Below, piece after piece: positions 50,501 to 60,732 of a stretch of DNA of 64,000 bases. The notes under the pieces are model-generated. The model was not told the DNA's origin and did not search any database. It saw only the letters and a list, made by a program, of their open reading frames with translations. Numbering within the stretch: position 1 is the stretch's first letter; the number at the start of each line of letters is the position of its first letter. The stretch comes from Macrostomum hystrix (Eukaryota; Animalia; Platyhelminthes). The stretch spans positions 930,001-994,000 of the forward strand of contig CATNEN010000031.1 in NCBI GenBank assembly GCA_950097015.1. The letters run 5' to 3'. The position numbers and the translations under genes were made by a program.

Positions 50501-53500
50501 GCAAAATATTAGAAAAAAACTTGCTGACAAAAAAAATTGACTGACAAGTCATTAAAACCGGTGGTTTTCCGATAACGGAAACATCTTTTCTGGCTGTTAC
50601 ACAGGGGAGACAGCTGGCTGTTAGACAGACGGGAGACAGCTGGCTGTTAGACAGACGGGAGACAGCTGGCTGTTAGACAGACGGGAGACAGCTGGCTGTT
50701 AGACAGACGGGAGACAGCTGGCTGTTAGACAGACGGGAGACAGCTGGCTGTTAGACAGACACGGGAGAAAGCTGGCTGTTAGACAGACACGGGAGACAGC
50801 TGGCTGTTAGACAGACGGGAGACAGCTGGCTGTTAGACAGACACGGGAGAAAGCTGGCTGTTAGACAGACAGGGGAGACAGCTGGCTGTTAGACAGACGG
50901 GAGACAGCTGGCTGTTAGACAGACACGGGAGAAAGCTGGCTGTTAGACAGACAGGGGAGACAGCTGGCTGTTAGACAGACGGGAGACAGCTGGCTGTTAG
51001 ACAGACACGGGAGACAGCTGGCTGTTAGACAGACAGGGGAGACAGCTGGCTGTTAGACAGACAGGGGAGACAGCTGGCTGTTAGACAGACACGGGAGACA
51101 GCTGGCTGTTAGACAGACAGGGGAGACAGCTGGCTGTTAGACAGACAGGGGAGACAGCTGGCTGTTAGACAGACAGGGGAGACAGCTGGCTGTTAGACAG
51201 ACAGGGGAGACAGCTGGCTGTTAGACAGACAGGGGAGACAGCTGGCTGTTAGACAGACAGGGGAGACAGCTGGCTGTTAGACAGACAGGGGAGACAGCTG
51301 GCTGCTAGACAGACAGGGGAGACAGCTGGCTGTTAGACAGACAGGGGAGACAGCTGGCTGCTAGACAGACAGGGGAGACAGCTGGCTGTTAGACAGACAG
51401 GGGAGACAGCTGGCTGCTAGACAGACAGGGGAGACAGCTGGCTGTTAGACAGACAGGGGAGACAGCTGGCTGCTAGACAGACAGGGGAGACATATAACTT
51501 TTCGGAACATTGAAAGAGCATCAGTATTAGATAAAAAAAGTTGGTCACAAAAAAACAAATTTTCGTTTTGCCGGTAGTCAATATAGATTTAGGCCTGCCG
51601 TTGTTAGAGATATTTAGAAATTTTGTCTTTTGTCTTATATAGAAAGACAGAAAACTAAAACTTACTGTTTAGCGAGGGGGTTAGACATAAAATACAGTTT
51701 GTTGAGAATAGTTTTGCTACAGTCCGCAGCCAATGTCACAAAAGATGTTATAATATTTGCTGTGGTGGAAAGTGGTTAAAGTAAAAAACTCTACAAAGTT
51801 TAAAAAGATTATAGTTTTACAAAAAATACCGTTAGGACAAAAGTTAACTTGGATTTATAACTAAAATCTGTCAACTTTCTCCCCCAACTCATCTGTCTCA
51901 GATATCTACCCAACTGTCTGTTTATCTGTCTCAGATATCTACCCAACTGTCTGTTTATCTGTCTCAGATATCTACCCAACTGTCTGTTTATCTGTCTCAG
52001 ATATCTACCCAACTGTCTGTTTATCTGTCTTAAATATCTACCCAACTGTCTGTTTATCTGTCTCAGATATCTACCCAACTGTCTGTTTATCTGTCTCAGA
52101 TATCTACCCAACTGTCTGTTTATCTGTCTCAGATATCTACCCCCAACTGTCTGTTTATCTGTCTCAGATATCTACCCAACTGTCTGTTTATCTGTCTCAG
52201 ATATCTACCCAACTGTCTGTTTATCTGTCTCAGATATCTACCCAACTGTCTGTTTATCTGTCTCAGATATCTACCCAACTGTCTGTTTATCTGTCTCAGA
52301 TATCTACCCAACTGTCTGTTTATCTGTCTCAGATATCTACCCAACTGTCTGTTTATTGCAACTACGTTGGATAGAGTTGAGAGCTAAACAAAGTAAAGAA
52401 TTACTATAAGAAGAATTCAGGCATAAACAGGCAACCTAAGATTGTGGGGAAGTCGAACAAACCTCGTCTTCTTCTGCGGCTGAGTCGCTGTCGCCAACAA
52501 CCTGAGCGCAAAAAGTGCAAAAACTGTTCAAGATCAAAGCAGAATTATTTGTTAATAACATTCCACCGCTTTTTGACAGATGACAAACTCATGCATACAT
52601 TCGAAAATATAAAGCATTCAATAATTTATGCGACCACATTTATTAAACTGGACGATTAAAAAACGAAAAAACGTTTTCTAATTTCTTTCGAAACTGATCT
52701 AACGGAATAGCCATGCGCAGCGTAACTACAAAATAAAATCTAACTTAGAAAATTAATATTCATACAAATTGTCTGCCTAATGTGAATGGATAACTATACA
52801 AAGACCCCTGATCTTATGGTAATGGATAGTTAAACAAAGACCCATGATCTCAATGGGGAGTCACACAAAGACCCATGATCTTATGGGAATGGATAGTTAT
52901 ACAAAGACCCCTGATCTAATGGGAATGGATAGTTAAACAAAGACCCCTGATCTAATGGGAATGGATAGTTATACAAAGACCCCTGATCTTATGGGAATGG
53001 ATAGTTATACAAAGACCCCTGATCTTATGGGAATGGATAGTTATACAAAGACCCCTGATCTTATGGGAATGGATAGTTATACAAAGACCCCTGATCTTAT
53101 GGGAATGGATAGTTATACAAAGACCCCTGATCTTATGGGAATGGATAGTTATACAAGACCCATGATGTTAATGGATAGTCATACAAAGACCCCAGTGAGG
53201 CAGGATACATGGTCATATACAAAGACCACTGTGAAATGAATAAAGGAATTAGTAAACAATTAGTAACGACTATCGATAAAAGCTTAATTTCTATCTGAAG
53301 ATAGAACAGAACAAAGTATTCTTACCAGGTGCATATTTAAAATTCGAAAATTTTGCTCCTAACTAAAAAACTATGCTTGGGTGTAAATCAATGCCTGTCG
53401 GCGTTGAGAATTGAGAATAACTTACATCGCGGAACACCTTCGTGAAGCTCTTATTCAACGACAGATTGTGTCGAACGGAATTTTTCCAACCGTTGTTGGC

Positions 53501-54352
53501 GTGCCGATAATAGGGAAAATTATCCTCAATCCATTGGTAGATCTTCTTAACCGGCAGGCACTTCTCCGGCGACGCCTCCAGCGCCATGAAGATCAGGCAG
53601 GAGAATGAGTAGGGCGGCTTCATCAGCCGGTCGGCCTGGGGATCGTAGTCGCCGCTCAAGGCTCGCAGGGTGGCGCACAACGGCGACGGCTCGCCCAGGT
53701 AGCCGGCCTCCTCGTCGTCATCGTCAGCCGCGGCTGAACCGTTGCGAAAGATATTCGAGGAGATTGACAGGGACGACTTCCGATTGCGAGCTGAATGCTG
53801 ATTGGTTGTCAGCAGCGGAGGCGACTCGGCGTCGATTGGCTCGCAGCAGAGCAGGCCGGCTGGTGACGGCCTCAGGCTGACCAGCCAATCAAAATCGGCC
53901 AGCTCGCTGTCGTCGCCGCCGCCGCCTCCGCCCTCCGGCGAGCCGCGCAGGCTGGCATAGCAACTGCGCGACAGCAGCTGGCCCTGATCGACAGACATTG
54001 TGGCCGACGCGGCACCAGCGGCTGTTAAGGCGGACGAAGATTTCAAAGCGACAGCGACGCTGGCGGAATCGCGGAGCGCCTCGGCGCCGGGCACGTCACG
54101 TAGGGCGCGCGACAAAGACGCCGATGGATAGGAGGCCGCCAGGCTGTCGGCCAGCTGGACGCGCCGACGTCGTCCTTCGTCAACGGCCGAAGACGACTCG
54201 GCCGAGCAGGACTCCGGCGTTGTTGGCGGCGAGGCTGGCACTGGCGGCGGCGAGCCGGCGAACATCAAAGAGATCTCCTCGGCTTCATTAACATGGCTGC
54301 CCCTGCTGACCTCCTCGTTAATGACTAGATTTGAGTCTTCTATCAATGCCAT
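47236..54352 (-). CDS. FOXN3: Forkhead transcription factor of the FOXN2/3 group, 4 exons (54352-53426, 49992-49273, 48840-48269, 47677-47236), about 886 aa
   Basis: Forkhead domain [30 protein letters not shown]...[16 protein letters not shown], spliced to KGSLWTVDP. The downstream exons are linked by phase-consistent GT-AG junctions (0,0,2); total 2661 nt. Exons 3-4 are assigned on phase only, not on homology. Confidence 0.85.
47990..48170 (-). mobile_element. tRNA-derived SINE-like fragment in FOXN intron 3
   Basis: Minus strand reads GGTCCTGGGTTCGACTCCCGACC (B box), then CCTTTGGCAAGCTGCTTT and GTCTACTCAGCTGCAAATGAGTACC, motifs typical of tRNA-SINE central domains. Confidence 0.5.
48950..49240. 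repeat. Minisatellite, 21-bp unit CCCCACTCCACACTACACCCA, FOXN intron 2
   Basis: Direct reading. Confidence 0.88.
50600..51492. repeat. Minisatellite, 26-28-bp unit GGGAGACAGCTGGCTGTTAGACAGAC(AG), FOXN intron 1
   Basis: Direct reading. Confidence 0.95.
51890..52355. repeat. Minisatellite, 33-bp unit TGTCTCAGATATCTACCCAACTGTCTGTTTATC, about 14 copies, FOXN intron 1
   Basis: Direct reading. Confidence 0.95.
52790..53160. repeat. Minisatellite, 36-bp unit GACCCCTGATCTTATGGGAATGGATAGTTATACAAA, FOXN intron 1
   Basis: Direct reading. Confidence 0.93.
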
Positions 54353-57300
54353 CTAGATCACCCAAGCAGGTGGCTGAAAGATTTTGTATTCCATTTCGAC
54401 TAAAATTAGTTTCTTAATTTTTTTATAAATAATTTTTCTAATAAAAACACTGGATGCTGTACACCATTACAGGACGGTCCAGATTTAGAATCTCAGCACA
54501 ATGGAAAAATTGCATCCCTAAGTCCAATTTTAACTTAACTCCTCCCCAATGAGTTAAATGAGTGTGACAATTTATTTTTAAACTATTCAATTACTTAAAT
54601 GACTGAAAACTGAAAAAAAATATTATTTTGTTGGTGTTCATAAGCATAGCTGTGTAACTTAACTCTCTGGACAAACCAAGAAAGGTGAAAATTAACTTAT
54701 TTAGTAGCTGATCAAGACCAAAAGTAATTTTCTTTTTTTAATACCTTCTATTCTATTGAACTTTTACTTCAAACTTAAAGGACTACTGACATGCTTTTTC
54801 TCCAAATTTTTGTTGCTAAGAGCAATATACTAACACATAAGACAAAAATCTAGTAAAAATTATAATGGCCCCGGCTGAAAATCGGAAATAGGAAAAAAAG
54901 TGCTAATTCTGTCAAGATAATACCAAATGCCCACTAAGTAAAATGGAGCCATTTGCCAACAAACACATGTACATTGAAAATAGCATATATTCAAACTGAC
55001 AACAAAAAGTACTTCTTAAAAGTAAAAATACTAAAAAAACTGTTTAAACCAAAGAAACTTTCTGCAGTCAGTCTTCTATATTTTCTACCTAGTTTGCAAA
55101 AAATAGTCTTAGTGCTTCTGTTAGTGTTCCTAACAAATATTTTGTTATATATAAAATCTTTAAAAATGTATCCATTTTGGTGCATGTTCTAGGATTTCTG
55201 ATATAATTAGTTCTGTATAATCTATTTACCATCAATTTATAACTAATCTACTCTAGCAATAGGTATTAAAAAATTCTACTATCTTAGAATTGAATCTAGC
55301 TTCATAAACACTTATCATTTTTAATCTGAAAAACATAACACAAATTTCCATAAACATAGCAAAACATAAAGCAAGCAAGCAAACAAACAAGCATGTATAT
55401 AAGAATATTTGTTTGTATATAATTGTGAGATCAATTATATGCTAAATATTAGCTATGCCCAAAATTGTCGTATTATAAATTGTCACACCCAGATGATAAG
55501 TTGGATACCTCCATAACTTCTGTGCACTTAATATGACAATTTTGGTTAGTGAAATTTATAGGTTAATAGAAAGTCTTTACTTGAAGATTTAAGTTTGTGC
55601 TTTTGCAAGTTGTACAATAGCATATCTGATACCTCTGCCATTGTGGACACTGTATACACAATTAACTGGCCAACTTTGGTCATTTTATTTGTAGAATTAA
55701 ATTGAAAAATGTAATCTTATAACTGAAAACTTTATAATAATAAATTTTCACATTTGAGAGCTAAGTGTATGTGATATTGACAACTAAAAATAGTAGGCCT
55801 ACAGTGAATGCACTTCATACATGCGCAACACCTGGCCGACCTGGCCAAACCGGCTGGGTAAAACGAGGGCCAAGCAAGGTAAGTCGCAAAAACCAACCAA
55901 CCAAGCGCAAAAATAAAAAGGGGGGACCAAGGGACAAAAAAGGAAGGTGTGAAGAAAAGGAAAAAAAGGAGAGAAAAAGAGAGCAAATGAGAGCAAAGCA
56001 AACTAAGTCGCAAATAGAGCAATGAAACTAACTAAGTTCGTAAATAGAGCAAAAACTAAGTCGCATGGCTGGGTAAGATTTGGGAGGTTGCGCATGTATG
56101 ATGCACTTGCACCTTTTTTACATGCAATGCATGTACATGTATGTAGGTATAGTGTTTCTTTTTTAAGTGTTTAATTCAACAAGCTTTGAGGTGATGGTAC
56201 AGAGGTAGAGCAGAGCCAATTGGGGCACACAAATAAGCTTAAGAAAACTACTATTTATGATGAATAATTTCGCATATTATAGCTGCTGAATAAACTTAAT
56301 ATGACAATTTTGTCAAGCTTTTGAAAATATTGCTATCAAGGATATGACAAAATAGAATATGACTATTTTAGTTTAGCCCTATATGTTGATAGCTTGCATG
56401 TCTGCTTATAAAGTGGAAATCTAGCTATGGAAATTATATAATTCTTTTAGAAACAAAGCACAATGAAAGCTAAAAAGGTCCATAGAAAGACGTTCTGGTG
56501 TATGCCTACCTAAACTGTTAAGCAACTATATTTTGGCACAAATTCAGACAAAAACAAAATAATTAGTTTTTTCTATCGCATATACATTAAAAAATCTTGA
56601 AAACTACGAAAAGTATTTTTATAAATTGCTTTGCTTATAGGGCCTGCTGCTTGTGTTGGTCAAGGACATTCGTTTTTTTGGTTTAACTCAAAGAAGAAAA
56701 AAGCGACTGAACGCTGACTTTTTATTAGACTTAATTACAGAATATTGCCATCCTTTAAAATTAAGACAAACCAATTGTAGACGGTGTTTTATTTTACATT
56801 GCTATATAACATTACTAAATGTACATATATGCATGGGACTTGTGCGCCGTAAACTGCTATAAATGTTGATTTAGCTAGAGTCATTAACAACATTAATATT
56901 ATTCTTTGTTGAATCTTCTAACAAACAAAGAAAAACAAATATAGTAAAGAAATAATTGTCCAACTTGACACAGCTCGACGTTAACAGAAAAAATATTTTA
57001 GATTGTAAATTTTCTTTACACACAACTATATGAATAATAAGAATAAATTATTCGTGAATCGTGAAACTTAGACTGCTTTACGAATAAAACTTCATATCAT
57101 TGGAACACTACACATAGACTATGCTCATTGTAAACGAGTCTTTCCAGTTATTTTCCTGAGCAACAGTGACAAAAAATTTACTGAGTTGCAAATGCTGAGA
57201 AAGCAAAATTAAGTGTGCGACAAAATTAGAAGACATGAAATGCTTAGGCGACATGATATCATATTATATTTGATTAGCAATTATTGATAATGTCTTTTAC

Positions 57301-60300
57301 AAATTAAATTTTCGTCTTTTTGTCGCCTTCATTTCGAATTGCGTTTCGATGCTCTTTTGGAGCCCATGCAAGTACCCCGCGTCAGTAAGCACAGCCTTTT
57401 ATCCGCTCTGTTTTACTTTTAGTAAAATTGCCCAATTCAGCTAGTAAAAGCGCAATTAAGTATGGACATGGTCAATTAGCTTAGAGTCTTAAATTAAATT
57501 AAGAACACTAAAAAATTAAGTAGCTATGGATTCTGTGGTCCACGCTTGGTTTGATAACGCCGAAGACAATGATATATATTACAATAGCACTTAAACTAGA
57601 GATTGTTTTGTTTAGTGATATCAAGACTTTTGAGATTTGATATTCACTTGTCACTTTTTTCTAACCCCTAACTTCACATCGTAAAATTTGAATGTAACAC
57701 TCCACTAAATTTTTTAAACAACGCGGCCCTTCCTACCTGCCATATTGTTCACAGAACAATTGTTCACACACACAGCACGGACAATTTGTTCAACTAAAAT
57801 GAGCATTACTACCAAAGAAACTTCCAACAAGCTAGCTTTCTGCCAGAAAATATCCGCATGCAAATTCTTTCAGACAACAAATATATCCGCACATGCATTG
57901 ATCCAGCTTGGATATATCACTGAGTAATAACGTGCGCATGAATTCATCAGCTCGAATTGCTGTGCTAAACAGTAGTCAGGAGCGTATATTTGGGTGAAGC
58001 AGCAGTGATAATCGTGAAGTGATTGAAGTAAGCCTTATAACTTACAACAAGTAAGTAAAATTATAAGGCGTAAAATATATTTGCACTCGATTTGATATAA
58101 CTCTGGAGCATTGCTCCAGAATAAATTATCGAGGAGAAAGCATGACTTATCGAGGGGTAGCATAATTAATTTAGGGTTTAGCATAAATTATTGATCGGAC
58201 AGCATAATTTTTCCAAGGAACAGCGTGCATTAACAGCGTTCGGGAACTTGATTAAATGTTGAGAGTCGCATGATTTGAGGAGGAGCATTAATTTTCGAGG
58301 GGAAGGCAATCTTTGTTGAGAAGGTAGTAAGCCCTGTCGAGGGGGTAGTATGCAGTGATTTGTTGAAGAATGGCATGATATATCAAAGGGGTAGCATGAT
58401 ATAGCAATATCGAGGGGATATCAAGAAAATATAAGTATGACATTCAAGTTTAATCTTCTTAATTATTTTTATTCTCAGGGCCTTACGGCGTGATTTTCTT
58501 CTACCAAAGGGTCACATAACTTCTATATTGCCTATTCTAGATTATAAATAATTATCAACTCGACTGGATATATTTTATTTGCTCATTATAAAAAGCTCAA
58601 TAGAACACACAAATTAAAGTGCAAATATTGCAGTGCAACACACTAGATAATATTTGCAGCAATGGGAAGTGCTGTAACAGTTAGCCACTTTATAAATACG
58701 TTCTTTCTATTATAAAAATTGTAAAAATAAATAAAATCAAAAATGCGCCAAAAAAATAATTTTTGTTTCTCTTTGTACCGTATTGAAAGTAATGCTTATG
58801 TAAATAATTTTGTTTTAATACTGTATCCTGTAAATAATACTTTGTAAAATATTATCGTTTTAACAAAATGTCAATTTGCTCTGTATAAATAGCCGCGAGT
58901 TTTGACCAGGAAAAATAAAGGGTTGGGACAAACAAACCAGAGTGTTAAAGAGTCTAAAGTGTCTCTGAAGTTTTCTTGTAAGAAGTTGAAGTTAAAGACA
59001 AGTGTTCTAAGGTGTTTTCAAGAGTTTAAAGAGTGAGTTTAAAGTGAGATAATTTAAAGTGTGTAAAGAGTTGAAATTGAAGGAGTTTTAGTGTGTTTTT
59101 AAAAAGAGTTTTTAAGTGTGTTAAAAAGCAAATTTCCGAAGGTATTGCATTGTGTTATTCATTTTAAGAAGAAATAGCAGTGAGAGATATAATCAGAATT
59201 ATACTCAGGAATTATACTAAGAATATTACAGAAGAGAAACTGCTAAACTCTAATCTCGGGGACGCCTAATTGACTGGAAACGTGTACAGTTGCCTAGTTA
59301 CCGCTCGTGCATATATAAACGCTACCATTTGAGAAGTTAAAACGGCCCATTTAAGGACCGCCATTTAAAATTATCTATTAGTTGAGTCAAACAGCAGTGG
59401 AATTATCAAATAGCCCAAGAACAACTTTGGTGGCATTCAGTAGAATTAAGTAAAAAGAAGTAAAGCCCTGCAACAACTTTGGTAACAGCGGTGGGATAGT
59501 TAATTTCCACCTGTAACTAACTTCGGTGTCAGCGTCAGCGATAGAATAAAAGTTAAACTTATTAAATAAGGCCTGCAACAACTTTGGTAACAGCGGTGGG
59601 ATTAATATTGAATAAGAGGAAAGGCCTACAACAGTGCTAACATCAACACTCACGAATTTCACCTTTTTAAAAATCAAACGCTTTTCTTTAAACCGGACAG
59701 CTAATAATATCCTTTCTATATTTTTAAAACATAATAATTCGAAGTCCGAGAACATCAAACTAAAGAAGATAACGCTTATAATTTGTAAGGTAAAGTATAT
59801 TTGATATCTAGGGAATATCTTAAAGAGATAGCATGAGATTTCCAGGAGAAAGAATGAGGTTTCCAGGGGATTACGTATTACTTTAAGGGTATACCGATGT
59901 TTTTAAGAGGATTATAGATTCATTTATTGAGGGATAGCACGACTTATCGAAGGGGTAGCATGAATTATGGAGGGAGTAGAATGCTTTATCGTTTTTTACT
60001 CGTGGATTCAAATCTAGGAGAAAATATTTTAGGGATTTTAGGGATTGTACCGATTGGGACCGATAATATCGGCCGGGCTTGCGAGCATGTCGTATGTCAA
60101 GACGACACGATTTCTACCCGATAATATCATACTGATCGAGCTACATAGGGGCCTAGTATATTATACCGGCTAGCTAACGAATCAAACGGCTCAGATTGAA
60201 ATTTGTTGTTGGTCAGTCATTCCGAAAGACAAAATACACTTCATTTTATGCGAGTAATAATTGGCCTAGACTTACACAATGGATAGGCTTACACAATAGG

Positions 60301-60448
60301 ATCGTACACCAAGATCGGTGCCACTCCGCGGGTGAATGTGATATGAGATATCATGATATATTAGAGACGTAGCATTTTTTCAATGCAGTAGCATGATTAA
60401 TGAAGGGTGATAGCATTTTTTACAGGCAGCATAAGTTATCGGTTATCG

Positions 60449-60565
60449 GTAGAGGTTGTAGCCTAGTGGTTAGGGCGTCGGACTAACGACTTAAAGGTCG
60501 GGGGTTCGAATCCCGACTCCACTGAAACAATTTGTGTCCTTTAGCAAGACACTTAACTCTGCTCA
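60449..60565 (+). mobile_element. tRNA-derived SINE head (pseudo-tRNA)
   Basis: A box TAGCCTAGTGGTTAGG and B box GGTTCGAATCCC, followed by GTGTCCTTTAGCAAGACACTTAACTC, a common SINE post-tRNA motif. Anticodon and acceptor stems pair poorly. Confidence 0.65.
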
Positions 60566-60732
60566 TTTAGTTTTTCAATAGCTCGAACTCTTAAATGTTA
60601 AATATTGCTTTAAAACAAAATAACCCTTAGATTTTTTATTTATCGACCAAGATTCAATCGACCAGCATATTCAAGTATATTTGATAAAACAGATAGGAAT
60701 GACTTGGCAGATAAAACAGGACTAAAACAGCT

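Noticed and set aside
59387-59758. 123-aa minus-strand ORF with an internal IPPLLPKLLQ duplication
   Set aside because: AT-rich, no known motif or splice support, and explained by a 31-bp direct repeat.
60449-60522. Possible tRNA gene
   Set aside because: A and B boxes are present, but anticodon and acceptor stems pair poorly and a SINE-type motif follows directly.
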